A DNA stretch of 64,000 nt from Deferribacterales bacterium (GCA_050253075.1 JBFWJS010000006.1:96001-160000), one strand, 5' to 3'; positions 51,859 through 63,806 are shown, numbered from the stretch's first letter. Numbers and translations are program-made. The notes: generated by a model from the letters alone, not told the origin.

Positions 51859-53665
51859 ATCCTAAATCCGCCATTTTATTTATAACCGCACCTATAACAG
51901 GCGCAGCACCCTTACTTCCCGCACCGCCGTGTTCTATCATGGCGACTGCGACATATTTCGGGTTTGAAACAGGGAAGACGGCGCCGAACCAAGAGTGGTC
52001 TCTCATCTTTTCGGGTATTTCGTCATCTTCCATCTCTTCGGTATGCTTCAGGCTCACCACCTGCGCCGTACCTGTCTTTCCGCCTATGGTCACACCGTCT
52101 ACCTTCGCACGATAGCCTGTTGCATGTCTGCCGTGGACAACTTCTCTCATCCCTTCAAGCACGACATTCACGGCGTCTTTATCCAGAGGCACTTCACGCA
52201 GCAGTTTAGGCTCCTGCATTATCTTAACCCCCGATGCGGGGTCTTCTATATATTTTATAAGGTTCGGGGCGTATATATGCCCGCCGTTGAAAAGCCCGGA
52301 AAGCATGACTGCTATCTGGAGCGGTGTAGTAGCTATATATCCCTGTCCGATAGATGTGATAATAGTCTCACCGGGATACCAGGGCTCTTTTCTCGATTTT
52401 TTCTTCCACTCTCTGCTGGGGAAAAAGCCGAATTTCTCATTAGGCAGGTTTATCTCTGTCTTTCTGCCGAGGGAGAACAGATCGGCATATTTGCTGATAG
52501 GGTCTATGCCGAGCTGAAGTCCGACGTTATAAAAATAAACGTCGCATGACTGCTCTATGGCGTGGACGAGGTCCAGCTTTCCGTGTCCGCCTTTTTTCCA
52601 GCATCTGTATGTAAAGTTTCCGTATGAAAGCTCGCCGTTGCAGTTGAATGTGGTCTCAGGGGTTATCTTCCCCTCCATAAGGGCGACAACACCCATCAGC
52701 ACTTTAAAAACAGACCCCGGAGGATAGCTCCCCTCTATGGTTCTGTTCAGCAGCGGCTTGTCTTCGTGTTTTATGATATCCAGCCTGTCCTGCGATTTGG
52801 CAAAAGGAGTAAAGGCCATAAGGTCATATGACGGTGCGGAATACATGGTCAGCACGTCAAAGTTTTCTATATCCATGACAACGACAGAGCCTGTCTTGTC
52901 CTTCATCAGCTTATGAGTGAATGTCTGCAGGTCTGAATCCAGCGTCAGGGCTATGTTATGCCCCGGCTCTGCCTGCTTTTCCGAGAGGACTTCAAGCACA
53001 CGTCCATAGGAGTCCACCTCCACCTGTCTGGCTCCGTCCTCTCCGTGCAGAACATCTTCCTGCACTTTTTCTATACCTGTCTTACCGATCATGTCTCCGC
53101 TCAGATATATCTCGCTTGTCTGGATATCTTTTTCGTTCACTTCGGAAAGATAGCCGAGAACATGGCTGAAAGCCTTGCTGTCGCTATAGCTTCGCACGGA
53201 TTCAAGACCTATTTCCACACCGTAGAAATCTGCGGAATTCTCCATAACCTTTGCCACCTGCTCAAATGTCAGTCCTCTCTGGATGACGGCAGGCTCGTAA
53301 AGGTAGGATTTTTTTATCTGTTTTTTAGCGAAAGTTTTATCTATGGGGACGATCTCGTTCAGTTTATCGAGGAGTGTGTCTATGTCTTTGACGTCTTCTT
53401 TAACCACGTTCAGCTCATAGCTCGGCGTGTTCTTAACGATCAGCCTCCCCTTCGTATCTTTTATAAAGCCTCTGTCGGCCTTTATACGCATGAGTCGTAT
53501 ACGGTTGTTCTCAGACAGTCTTTTGTATTTATCAAAGCCGATGACCTGCATATAAGCCATCCTTGCTCCGAGGATGGTCATAAAGATGAATATGACGGTA
53601 AAGAACAGAAATGTCCGTTTTTTGATGTATTCCAGCACATCATCTTTAAGCGTTTTTAACAGCAA
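51839..53665 (-). CDS. mrdA: Penicillin-binding protein 2
   Basis: PGSVFK, SCD, KTGTAQ motifs; mre operon. Confidence 0.96.
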   Translation of the reverse strand: MLLKTLKDDVLEYIKKRTFLFFTVIFIFMTILGARMAYMQVIGFDKYKRLSENNRIRLMRIKADRGFIKDTKGRLIVKNTPSYELNVVKEDVKDIDTLLDKLNEIVPIDKTFAKKQIKKSYLYEPAVIQRGLTFEQVAKVMENSADFYGVEIGLESVRSYSDSKAFSHVLGYLSEVNEKDIQTSEIYLSGDMIGKTGIEKVQEDVLHGEDGARQVEVDSYGRVLEVLSEKQAEPGHNIALTLDSDLQTFTHKLMKDKTGSVVVMDIENFDVLTMYSAPSYDLMAFTPFAKSQDRLDIIKHEDKPLLNRTIEGSYPPGSVFKVLMGVVALMEGKITPETTFNCNGELSYGNFTYRCWKKGGHGKLDLVHAIEQSCDVYFYNVGLQLGIDPISKYADLFSLGRKTEINLPNEKFGFFPSREWKKKSRKEPWYPGETIITSIGQGYIATTPLQIAVMLSGLFNGGHIYAPNLIKYIEDPASGVKIMQEPKLLREVPLDKDAVNVVLEGMREVVHGRHATGYRAKVDGVTIGGKTGTAQVVSLKHTEEMEDDEIPEKMRDHSWFGAVFPVSNPKYVAVAMIEHGGAGSKGAAPVIGAVINKMADLGYVWRQP

Positions 53666-54122
53666 TGCAGTACCCCTTAAAAAATGAGTTTATCAGGAAT
53701 ATAATGCCGACGTTCACCAGTGTCCTGTAGAGAGCTATAGTCAGCGCAGGGGCAAACATGTAGTCTGTCAGATACAGGCTGAACATACAGTATATAAACG
53801 ACATGGATGAAAACATAAGGAGCCTGTAGTGCACCTTTGTCATATCCATCATAACGTCCGAACGGAACCTGAGCATATAAAAAACCATAAACAGAGCCAC
53901 ACCCGGGCCGTAAAAGCCGTCACGTGCGAAATCTGCGAAAAATCCGAAGATAAGAGCAAGCCAGATGAAGTTGTCCTCATCGGCACACTCGAGTGTAAGT
54001 ATGAAGAGTATTATAATGTAGTCGAATCTGGTCAGAACCCCATTAACAGCTACAGTTATTATATGCAGCAGTATCAGAGCGAAAAGAATGAAAGTATATT
54101 TGTTTATCAGTCTTTCTATCAT
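53646..54122 (-). CDS. mreD: MreD-like membrane protein
   Basis: Five hydrophobic segments, GFFAD; between mreC and mrdA. Confidence 0.75.
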   Translation of the reverse strand: MIERLINKYTFILFALILLHIITVAVNGVLTRFDYIIILFILTLECADEDNFIWLALIFGFFADFARDGFYGPGVALFMVFYMLRFRSDVMMDMTKVHYRLLMFSSMSFIYCMFSLYLTDYMFAPALTIALYRTLVNVGIIFLINSFFKGYCIAVKNA

Positions 54123-54910
54123 TTACCGACAACCAGCACATTCTCCAGTTTATAAAAATCTACGTTCGACAGAAGTGAGAGGTTGCGGAAAAGACCGATA
54201 TCGACATTCTCCACATCATCCACCTGTCCAACGATAATGCCCTTAGGATAAACACCGCCAAGCCCAGATGTGATGAGTATATCGCCCTCTTTCACATCGT
54301 CCAGCCTGTCGTAGAAGTCCACAGCCATCTGACCTCGTCCGTCTCCTCTGACGATACCGACAGTTCTCGTCCTGCTGTTCATGACAGATACGTTGCTCCC
54401 CGGGTTCAGTACGACTTCGACCTTTGCCGTGTCGCTGTACACCTCGGTGACCATACCGACAAGTCCGCTGTAGCTGATGACGGGGTCTTTACGCTTCACA
54501 CCGTCTTCGGTGCCTCTGTCTATTATTATATATTTGAGATAACCTGTGATGTTTCGTCCGATGACGTTACAGGCGATGGAGTCGAGGTTTGAATATTCAC
54601 GGAATTTAAGCAGCTTTTTCAAACGCTCATATTCAGAGACACGCTCACGGAGCAGAGAGTTTTCAAGCTGCAGCTTTCCGTTCTCTTTTATGAGAGCTTC
54701 ATTCTCGTCATGAACATTAACAAGGTTGATGTATCCGCCCCAAACACTGCCAAAGAGCCCGATTGTCTTGTCGGTGTAGTATATGAAAGGATTCACAAGG
54801 TTTCCGAAGATACCTTTGAAAGGACCTTTTATATTAGGGTTTCTCGCCTGCACAATGATAAGCACGAGCAGTGCGATAAATACTATTAGAACTTTTTTCC
54901 AGGACTTCAT
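54119..54910 (-). CDS. mreC: Rod shape-determining protein MreC
   Basis: Coiled coil, IDRG..DGV, TSGLGGVYPKGI.VG. Confidence 0.95.
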   Translation of the reverse strand: MKSWKKVLIVFIALLVLIIVQARNPNIKGPFKGIFGNLVNPFIYYTDKTIGLFGSVWGGYINLVNVHDENEALIKENGKLQLENSLLRERVSEYERLKKLLKFREYSNLDSIACNVIGRNITGYLKYIIIDRGTEDGVKRKDPVISYSGLVGMVTEVYSDTAKVEVVLNPGSNVSVMNSRTRTVGIVRGDGRGQMAVDFYDRLDDVKEGDILITSGLGGVYPKGIIVGQVDDVENVDIGLFRNLSLLSNVDFYKLENVLVVGK

Positions 54911-54922
54911 TCTCTGGCTTTA

Positions 54923-56081
<1,159 letters not shown>

Positions 56082-56123
56082 AAGTCAAACAAATATAATC
56101 ATAAATTGGAGTTAATGAGTTAA

Positions 56124-57593
56124 ATGGAACAACATCGTCTGGACAAACTGGAAAAGATAAAAGCACAGAACAAACAACCTTATGTAAATTTTCATAAAAA
56201 AGAGCACGATATCATTGATGTCGTTGAGAAATATAAAGACGTCGAAAAAGATGCCCTCCCCGAGCAGTCTGTTATTTTTGATGTGGCAGGACGTATCATG
56301 GCACTGCGCGAATTCGGTAAAGCCGCATTCATGACGATAAAAGACCGCACAGAGAGCATTCAGGTCTATGTGAAAAAAGGTGAGATATCCGACGAAGACC
56401 ACGAAATTTTTAAAACTTCCGACGTCGGCGACGTTGTCGGCATCAAAGGATTCCTCTTTAAAACTAAGACAGGCGAGCTCACACTCTGTGCCACAGAGTA
56501 TAAGATGCTCACAAAAGCTCTGCGTGACCTTCCCGAAAAATTTCACGGTCTCACAGACGTTGAAAAGAGATACCGTCAGAGATATGTAGACCTCATCGTG
56601 AACGAAGAGGTTAAAGATACTTTCCGCAAGAGAAGCCAGATAATCCAGCAGGTGCGCCAGTTCTTCATCAGCAAGGACTTCCTCGAGGTGGAAACACCTA
56701 TGATGCACCCTATCGTGGGCGGCGCTACGGCTAAACCTTTCGAAACACACCACAACGCCCTCGACATGCCCCTCTATCTGAGGATCGCACCGGAGCTCTA
56801 CCTTAAAAGGCTCGTTATCGGCGGTATGGAGCGTGTATTCGAAGTGAACAGAAACTTCCGTAACGAAGGTCTCTCCACACGCCACAACCCTGAGTTCACC
56901 ATGATAGAATGGTACAACGCATACAACGACTATCACGGTCTTATGGATCAGATAGAAGAGATGATATGCGGCATATCCGAAAAAGTGAACGGAAGCCTTA
57001 AGGTAAACTTCAGAGACAAAGAAGTAGACCTCACACGCCCGTGGAAACGTGTGACAATGAACGATGCTATTACTACAATGACAGATGTAACACCCGACCA
57101 GATAGCCGACAGAGATGCCGCAGCAGCTACTGCAAAAAAATACGGTATTCATGTTGATAAAAACTGGGGAAAGGGTAAGATTGTTATGGAAATCTTTGAA
57201 GAACTGTGCGAGCACAATTTATTCAACCCTACATTCATCATTGATTATCCTAAAGAGGTTTCTCCACTGGCGAAATCTAAGGCAGACGACCCTGAAACCA
57301 CGGAACGCTTTGAGCTGTTCGTCGGCGGTTTCGAGTTGGCGAACGGATTTAACGAGCTTAACGATCCGATGGATCAGAAAGAGCGTTTTGAAAAACAGGT
57401 CGCAGCGAAAGAGGCAGGAGACGAAGAAGCAGGCATGATGGACCTCGACTACATCAGAGCCCTTGAATACGGTCTTCCACCTACAGCAGGCGCAGGACTT
57501 GGCATAGACAGGCTTGTCATGCTGATGACAGACAGCCAGTCCATCAGAGACGTAATACTCTTTCCACATATGAGGCCGGAAGATATTGATTAA
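56124..57593 (+). CDS. lysS: Lysyl-tRNA synthetase (class II)
   Basis: RYRQRY.DL, LRIAPELYLKRL, FRNEG, HNPEFT, GIDRL. Confidence 0.98.
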   Translation: MEQHRLDKLEKIKAQNKQPYVNFHKKEHDIIDVVEKYKDVEKDALPEQSVIFDVAGRIMALREFGKAAFMTIKDRTESIQVYVKKGEISDEDHEIFKTSDVGDVVGIKGFLFKTKTGELTLCATEYKMLTKALRDLPEKFHGLTDVEKRYRQRYVDLIVNEEVKDTFRKRSQIIQQVRQFFISKDFLEVETPMMHPIVGGATAKPFETHHNALDMPLYLRIAPELYLKRLVIGGMERVFEVNRNFRNEGLSTRHNPEFTMIEWYNAYNDYHGLMDQIEEMICGISEKVNGSLKVNFRDKEVDLTRPWKRVTMNDAITTMTDVTPDQIADRDAAAATAKKYGIHVDKNWGKGKIVMEIFEELCEHNLFNPTFIIDYPKEVSPLAKSKADDPETTERFELFVGGFELANGFNELNDPMDQKERFEKQVAAKEAGDEEAGMMDLDYIRALEYGLPPTAGAGLGIDRLVMLMTDSQSIRDVILFPHMRPEDID

Positions 57594-58527
57594 CACAAAG
57601 GTATTTGCTAGGGCTAAAACAGAAGACACCAGACAGCACATATCTTCTCTTTTCTCCGATGTAGAGTTCGTCGGCACCGAAGAACTCCTCACCATGGAAA
57701 AAGAGCTGATCATCTACGAAGTTATGGGGGAATGTACCGCTGAGGAGCTGAGGGAGCTGCTCGGTACTGAGAATTTTTTCCTTTTTATTTCTGATGAGTG
57801 CCACGACAATCTTTTGCTGGAGATATCCAGAGACTATTACTTTGCCTTCTGTCTGAAGGCTGACCCTATCAATGAGATAAAGATAAGATTTAACTCTCTT
57901 ATCAAACATAAAGAGCTGACAATAGCACTGGAAGAAAAGAATGAAGAGATGGAATCCACCATCTTTGAGCTCGCTTTCGCATCCACAAACGTGCTCGAGC
58001 AGAATGAATTCCTCGAGCAGATGGCGAAGAAAGACGGGCTCACCATGCTTTTCAACCACTCCTATTTCAAAGATAAACTGAAAGACGAAATGGTACGCTC
58101 GAAGCGTTATAACAACTGCTTCACCGTTGCCATTTTCGACCTCGATTTCTTTAAAAAGGTGAATGACCAGTACGGACACGTCAAAGGCGACGAAGTGCTG
58201 AAAGCATTTGCCAACATCATCAAAGAAACAGTTAGAAACACAGACATAGCAGCCAGATACGGCGGAGAGGAATTCGCCGTTCTCTTCACAGAGACAGACC
58301 TCGAAGATACCATAAGCGTGGTAGACCGCATCAGAGACAGGCTGAGCAATACTATCTTCTCCAGCGAGACAGAGTGCTTCAAAGTCACATTCAGCGCAGG
58401 CGTCACTTCCTATGACAAATCATACAAAGACGCCGAATATATGGTTAACGTCGCCGACAAGGCTCTCTACGTCAGTAAGACCGAAGGGCGTAACCGCACC
58501 ACCATCCTCACCGCCGACGACCTATAG
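57586..58527 (+). CDS. Cytoplasmic diguanylate cyclase
   Basis: Coiled coil, DGLT, DLDFFK.VND.YGH, RNTD I-site, GGEEF. Confidence 0.92.
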   Translation: MINTKVFARAKTEDTRQHISSLFSDVEFVGTEELLTMEKELIIYEVMGECTAEELRELLGTENFFLFISDECHDNLLLEISRDYYFAFCLKADPINEIKIRFNSLIKHKELTIALEEKNEEMESTIFELAFASTNVLEQNEFLEQMAKKDGLTMLFNHSYFKDKLKDEMVRSKRYNNCFTVAIFDLDFFKKVNDQYGHVKGDEVLKAFANIIKETVRNTDIAARYGGEEFAVLFTETDLEDTISVVDRIRDRLSNTIFSSETECFKVTFSAGVTSYDKSYKDAEYMVNVADKALYVSKTEGRNRTTILTADDL

Positions 58528-58562
58528 TCGGTCAGCACCGACAGGCCAATCACAAACTCCAG

Positions 58563-59505
58563 CGTCATTGCGAGGAGCGTAGCGACGCGGCAATCCTAGC
58601 CCTAACACAAACTGTCATCCTGAATGAAATGAAGGATCTGTGCATGTCAGATTCTCCGCCTGTGGCTCAGAATGACTACCAAATATACGTCATTGCGAGG
58701 AGCGTAGCGACGTGGCAATCCTATCTCTAAATACAAACTGTCATCCTGAATGAAATGAAGGATCTGTATATTTCAGATTCTTCGCCCGTGGCTCAGAATG
58801 ACTACACATCATATGTCATTGCGAACGCAGTGAAGCAATCCTAGCCCTAAATATAAACTGTCATCCTGAATGGAATTAAAGATCTGTACATTTCAGATTC
58901 TTTGCCCGTGGCTCAGAATGACTACCAAATATACGTCATTGCGAGGAGCGTAGCGACGTGGCAATCCTAGCCCTATATATAAACCGTCATACTGAATGAA
59001 ATGAAGGATCTGTACATTTCAGATTCTTCGCCCTTGGCTCAGAATGACTACCAAATATACGTCATTGCAAACGCAGTGAAGCAATCCTATCTCTAAATAC
59101 AAACTGTCATCCTGAATGAAATGAAGGATCTGTACATTTCAGATTCTTCGCCCGTGGCTCAGAATGACTACACATCATATGTCATTGCGAACACAGTGAA
59201 GCAATCCTAGCCCTAAATATAAACTGTCATCCTGAATGAAATGAAGGATCTGTACATTTCAGATTCTTCGCCCTTGGCTCAGAATCACGAGTACGCACAT
59301 TAATAGGAATCCTAAGATTGCTTCGTCATTCCACTCCTCGCAATGACCTTGAATTTAGCGTCATTGCGAACGCAGTGAAGCAATCCTATCTCTAAATACA
59401 AACTGTCATCCTGAATGAAATGAAGGATCTGTGCAGTTCAGATTCTTCGCCCTTGGCTCAGAATGACTACCAAATATACGTCATTGCAAACGCTGTGACT
59501 GCAAT
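58563..59505. repeat. Tandem array of GTCA-tagged REP-like palindromes (7 A-B-C trimers, 1 inverted A, 1 terminal A)
   Basis: A units start 58564, 58689, 58815, 58935, 59061, 59181, 59360, 59480; B = GTCATCCTGAATGAAATGAAGGATCT; C = AGATTCTTCGCCC(G/T)TGGCTCAGAATGAC; inverted A at 59316-59347. Confidence 0.95.
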
Positions 59506-59900
59506 TATGATTTTATGAATTTAAGATGTACTTTGCGTGTGCGGGGGCCGTCGAATTCACAGAAATATATACCCTGCCAGGTGCCGAGCACCATATTTCC
59601 GTTTTCCACTATAATAGTTTCCGAACAGCCGATGAGAGATGATTTTATATGACTGTCAGAGTTCCCCTCAGCGTGGCGGAACTCTGACAGATTTGGTATT
59701 AACTTTGAAAGAAATGAGTTCATATCCCTTTGCACATCAGGGTCGGCGTTTTCATTTATCGTGACGGCGGATGTGGTATGCGGTGTGTAAACCACCAGAA
59801 TACCGTCCTGCCAGCCGTTTGCCCTGAGCACAGCCTGCACATCCCCCGTGATCTCCACAAAGGCGCACCGTGTGCCTGTCCTTACGGATATGGTCTCCAT
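59505..59900 (-). CDS. YjbQ/UPF0047 family protein
   Basis: HTTSAVTINENADP, H.EGNSDSHIK, LGTWQGIYFCEFDG. Confidence 0.93.
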   Translation of the reverse strand: METISVRTGTRCAFVEITGDVQAVLRANGWQDGILVVYTPHTTSAVTINENADPDVQRDMNSFLSKLIPNLSEFRHAEGNSDSHIKSSLIGCSETIIVENGNMVLGTWQGIYFCEFDGPRTRKVHLKFIKS

Positions 59901-59904
59901 ATTA

Positions 59905-61530
59905 TTAGAGAGTGATAACCTTCGCCTCTATCATTCCGTCGAGAGCGAGGATCTCTTCGAGAACACCCGCAGGAACTTTTCCGTCGATGCGTACGAAAGC
60001 AACTGCATCGTCGCCCTTCTGATCTCTGGAAAGGTCGAAATCTGCGATGTTCACATTGTTATTTCCGAGGATAGTACCCACTTTACCGATCATGCCCGGT
60101 TTGTCCTGGTTGTTGAAGTAAAGGAATGTACCGTCGGCGATAAGGTCTGTGTAGTACTTATCATAGATAAGGAGTCTGCCTGTGTTATCGGCGAAGACTG
60201 TACCTGCGTAGACCTTCTCTTCTTTATCTGTTTTAACTTTGATAACCACAAGGTCGTTGAATTTGCCGAAGTGAGCTGCTTTTGTCTCGACTATGTCGAT
60301 ATTGCGCTCTTTAGCCACGTATGGAGCATTGATGAAGGATACTGTCTCCTTCACTGCCACTTCCATAAAGCCTTTCAGACCTGCGATGGTAAACGGCTGA
60401 AAGTTAAAAGGAGTGTCGAATGTACGCTCGCCGAAGTCTTCCTCAAACTTCTGTCCGACCATAGCGACCTCGATGGATTCCGCCCTGCCTTTTGTGAGCT
60501 GTGCAGCCATGTGGCCCATGCTCTCGAGGAGCTCGAAGTATCTCTGCATCTCTTCAGGAAGCTGTGTCTTCATGAATGGGATGTTCACGGCGTTTTTGTA
60601 TGATCTGCCGTGGAGAGCGTTTTTAACCTGCTCTGCGATGAGAACGGCAACGCCGTACTGACCTTCGTGAGTGTTTGCGCCGATGTGCGGTGTAACATAA
60701 ATGTTGTCCACTTCGAAGAATGGATGGTTCACAGGGGGCTCGGCAACGAAAACATCGAGACCCGCAGCATGAACCTTACCAGATTTACATGCTTCCACAA
60801 GGTCGAGCTCGTTCACGATACCGCCGCGTGCGCAGTTGATGATGACAACACCGTCTTTCATCTTTGCTATTTCGTCTTTTGTTATCATATTTTTTGTCTC
60901 GTCTGTGAGAGGAGTGTGGAATGTGACAACGTCAGCCTGAGCCAGTGCTTCTTCGAGCGTTTCGCAAAGCTCAACGCCGAGTGCTTCTGCTCTGGATTTT
61001 TTGATGTATGGATCGTAAGCAACAACCCTCATGTCGAAGGCTCTGCATCTTTTCGCAACGTTTCCGCCGATACGGCCAAGACCGATAACGGCGAGTGTTT
61101 TCTGATAAAGCTGGATACCCATGAAGCGCTTTCTGTCCCATTCACCTGCCTTTGTAGACTGGTTTGCAGCGGGGAGCTTACGCACGACAGACAGCATCAT
61201 AGCCATTGTCAGCTCGCAGGCAGCGAGAGTGTTGCCCGTGGGAGCGTTCATAACGATGATACCTTTCATACTGGCAGCTTCGATATCGACATTGTCGAGA
61301 CCAACGCCCGCACGTCCGATTATCTTGAGTTTTCCAGGGTTTTCGATAAGGTCAGGAGTAACAGTTGTTCCGCTTCTGGTGATGATAGCGTCGTAGTTAC
61401 CGATGATCTTCTTCAGCTCAGGATTTTTGATCCCTGCCTGAATATCGACCTCTATATCCTTGTCGTCTTTGAGGATATTCACACCGTCCTGAGAGATGTG
61501 ATCAGTGATGAGAACTTTATACTTGGCCAT
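59905..61530 (-). CDS. serA: D-3-phosphoglycerate dehydrogenase (ASB + ACT type)
   Basis: GRAGVGLDNVD, GLGRIG, INCARGG, TPHIGA, ACT domain DKPGMIG. Confidence 0.96.
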   Translation of the reverse strand: MAKYKVLITDHISQDGVNILKDDKDIEVDIQAGIKNPELKKIIGNYDAIITRSGTTVTPDLIENPGKLKIIGRAGVGLDNVDIEAASMKGIIVMNAPTGNTLAACELTMAMMLSVVRKLPAANQSTKAGEWDRKRFMGIQLYQKTLAVIGLGRIGGNVAKRCRAFDMRVVAYDPYIKKSRAEALGVELCETLEEALAQADVVTFHTPLTDETKNMITKDEIAKMKDGVVIINCARGGIVNELDLVEACKSGKVHAAGLDVFVAEPPVNHPFFEVDNIYVTPHIGANTHEGQYGVAVLIAEQVKNALHGRSYKNAVNIPFMKTQLPEEMQRYFELLESMGHMAAQLTKGRAESIEVAMVGQKFEEDFGERTFDTPFNFQPFTIAGLKGFMEVAVKETVSFINAPYVAKERNIDIVETKAAHFGKFNDLVVIKVKTDKEEKVYAGTVFADNTGRLLIYDKYYTDLIADGTFLYFNNQDKPGMIGKVGTILGNNNVNIADFDLSRDQKGDDAVAFVRIDGKVPAGVLEEILALDGMIEAKVITL

Positions 61531-61846
61531 TAAGTTAACCTCGATAAAATATACATATATGTGTTAGAAGAGAACAGATAATAGCAAAACAGATATTATT
61601 TGACAAGCCAAAACATACTAAAATAATGGGAATTGAACCTATTCTCTGCATTGGCTTATTCTGCCGCACAGACAACGCCCGGAGAGTCTGATAGATAACA
61701 TAAAATATTATTAAAAAAGATATTAATACCAACTTTAGCTCATATTAAAAACCATTTCAAAGTTAATTTTGTAAAACAACTTGACAGCAAACGGTTTTTA
61801 CTGCTTGAATACATGAATATATTATACATTTATTGAGGTGAAGCAG

Positions 61847-62860
61847 ATGGCTTTTAATGACCTTTTACTCAGAACTATGAACGGTGAAAAAACTGACAGA
61901 CCTCCGGTATGGTTTATGCGTCAGGCCGGAAGATACATGGAAGAATACAGAGAAGTACGCAGCAAGGTTTCCTTCCTTGAGCTTTGCAAATCCCCGGAGC
62001 TTTGCACAGAAGTTACACTGCAGCCGATCAGAGCTTTCGGCTTTGACAACGCTATCCTCTTCTCAGATATCCTCATCCCTATCGAGCCTATGGGTGTCGA
62101 TCTCGACTTTAACCCTGCTCCTGTCATATCAAATCCTATCCGCACACTTGCGGATGCAGATAAACTTCGCGAGATAGACCCTGCGAAGGACGTTCCTTTC
62201 GTGCTTGAGACAGTGAAAATGCTCGTAAAGGCTCTTGATGTGCCTCTTATCGGTTTCTCAGGCGCACCTTTCACACTCGCCTGTTACATGGTAGAGGGTA
62301 AAGGTTCTAAAAACTATGAATATATCAAAACTATGATGCACGCAGACCCTACAACATACAGAGTAATGATGGAGAAGCTCGCAAACTCTACCCTGAAGTA
62401 CCTTCAGGCACAGATAGACAGCGGTGCTCACGTCGTTCAGATGTTTGACACATGGGCTGGCGTCGTTTCTAAATATGACTATGAGAAATTCATATTCCCA
62501 TACGTTGAATACATCGCAAACAACCTTAAAGGTGCTCCGCTCATCTATTTCGCAAAAGACAGCTTCAGCTTCTATGACATCATAGGAAAGCTGAAATGTG
62601 CAGGAATGGGTGTAGACTGGAAAACAACTCTCGCAGACGCAGACGAAAGACTCGGCAAGGGCAAATTTGTCCTTCAGGGTAACTTCGACCCTGTTCAGCT
62701 CTTCGGTAGCAAAGAATCCATCAAGGAAACAGCCGAAAAGATCCTCGCAGAGGGTAAAGACCTTAAAGGTCATATCTTTAACCTCGGACACGGTATCCTC
62801 CCTCCTACTCCTAGAGAGAATGTGGACTACCTTGTTAAGGTCGTTAAAGGGGAAGCATGA
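61847..62860 (+). CDS. hemE: Uroporphyrinogen decarboxylase
   Basis: PVWFMRQAGRY, FSDIL, GAPFTLACY, NLGHGI; start at ATG 61847 after GAGGTG. Confidence 0.97.
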   Translation: MAFNDLLLRTMNGEKTDRPPVWFMRQAGRYMEEYREVRSKVSFLELCKSPELCTEVTLQPIRAFGFDNAILFSDILIPIEPMGVDLDFNPAPVISNPIRTLADADKLREIDPAKDVPFVLETVKMLVKALDVPLIGFSGAPFTLACYMVEGKGSKNYEYIKTMMHADPTTYRVMMEKLANSTLKYLQAQIDSGAHVVQMFDTWAGVVSKYDYEKFIFPYVEYIANNLKGAPLIYFAKDSFSFYDIIGKLKCAGMGVDWKTTLADADERLGKGKFVLQGNFDPVQLFGSKESIKETAEKILAEGKDLKGHIFNLGHGILPPTPRENVDYLVKVVKGEA

Positions 62861-63804
62861 AAAAAGACCTGCTTTATGTGATGTATATGGGCGGTCCTGA
62901 TAGTATCGAAGGGATAGAGGAGTTCCTCTTTAATCTCTTTTCGGACCGCACCATCATCGACTTTCACATCGGCGGCACACTCCAGACATTCATAGCGAAA
63001 AAGATAGCTAAAAAACGCTCCGTTAAAGTTGCGCCCGAATATGAAAAGATAGGCGGACGCTCTCCGCAGCTCCCCTACCTTCAGGCTATTCTGGAAAAGA
63101 TAAAGCCGCTCTACCTCACTGAAACAGGGCGTGAGCTCGTCACCGATATCGGTATGTGCTATTACCATCCGTACATCGAGGACTCCATACAGAAGCATAA
63201 CGGTGCAGACTATGAAAATATCATAGTCACCAGCATGTATCCGCAGTATTCATATACCACCAGCGGTGTGTGCTTCGACAGATTTGCAAAGGTGCAGAAG
63301 CTCGTTAAAGAACCTAAGATCATCAAAGAATGGTACCGTAACGAAGCATATAATAAATGTATCTCAGACAGGATACTCAGAGCAGCGGAAAAGCTGGGCA
63401 AGGACATAACCGACTGCCACGTGGTATTCTCTGCGCATTCCCTCCCCGAATACACCGTTAAAAAAGGCGACGTTTACACCATGCAGATAAACGAGCAGGT
63501 GAAAAAGCTCGTCAGCATGACACACCCGAAAACATATAACCTCGCATACCAGAGCCGTACAGGCCCCGTGAAATGGGTCGGTCCATACACGGATAAAGAG
63601 CTCGAAAGGCTCACGGCAGAGCGTGTGGATAACATCATCGTCGTGCCTATATCGTTTGTATCCGACCACATCGAGACTCTGATAGAGCTGGACGAGCAGT
63701 ATATGCCGCAGGTGCGTGAGGCAGGGCTGAATATCGTCCGCATCGAAAGCCTGAACGACTCAGACGACTTTGCCGAGGCATTCTTAAATATAATATCCGC
63801 ATAA
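62857..63804 (+). CDS. hemH: Ferrochelatase
   Basis: MGGP, GGRSP, YPQYS..T, FSAHSLP, QSR.GP..W, FVSDHIETL.ELD. Confidence 0.96.
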   Translation: MKKDLLYVMYMGGPDSIEGIEEFLFNLFSDRTIIDFHIGGTLQTFIAKKIAKKRSVKVAPEYEKIGGRSPQLPYLQAILEKIKPLYLTETGRELVTDIGMCYYHPYIEDSIQKHNGADYENIIVTSMYPQYSYTTSGVCFDRFAKVQKLVKEPKIIKEWYRNEAYNKCISDRILRAAEKLGKDITDCHVVFSAHSLPEYTVKKGDVYTMQINEQVKKLVSMTHPKTYNLAYQSRTGPVKWVGPYTDKELERLTAERVDNIIVVPISFVSDHIETLIELDEQYMPQVREAGLNIVRIESLNDSDDFAEAFLNIISA

Positions 63805-63806
63805 CA

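Noticed and set aside
56112..57215. Long antisense ORFs (367 aa here; also 14237-15181, 60610-61533, 13140-13916)
   Set aside because: Shadows of lysS, ftsH, serA and folP caused by codon bias; no motifs.
58563..59505. CRISPR array
   Set aside because: Linkers are near-identical, not unique spacers; three repeat types in two orientations; no cas genes or leader.
58563..59505. Repeat-protein coding region
   Set aside because: No ORF in the track; stops occur in the units and the first period (125 bp) breaks frame.
61535..61732. 65-aa ORF between serA and hemE
   Set aside because: AT-rich divergent promoter region, no RBS or family signal.
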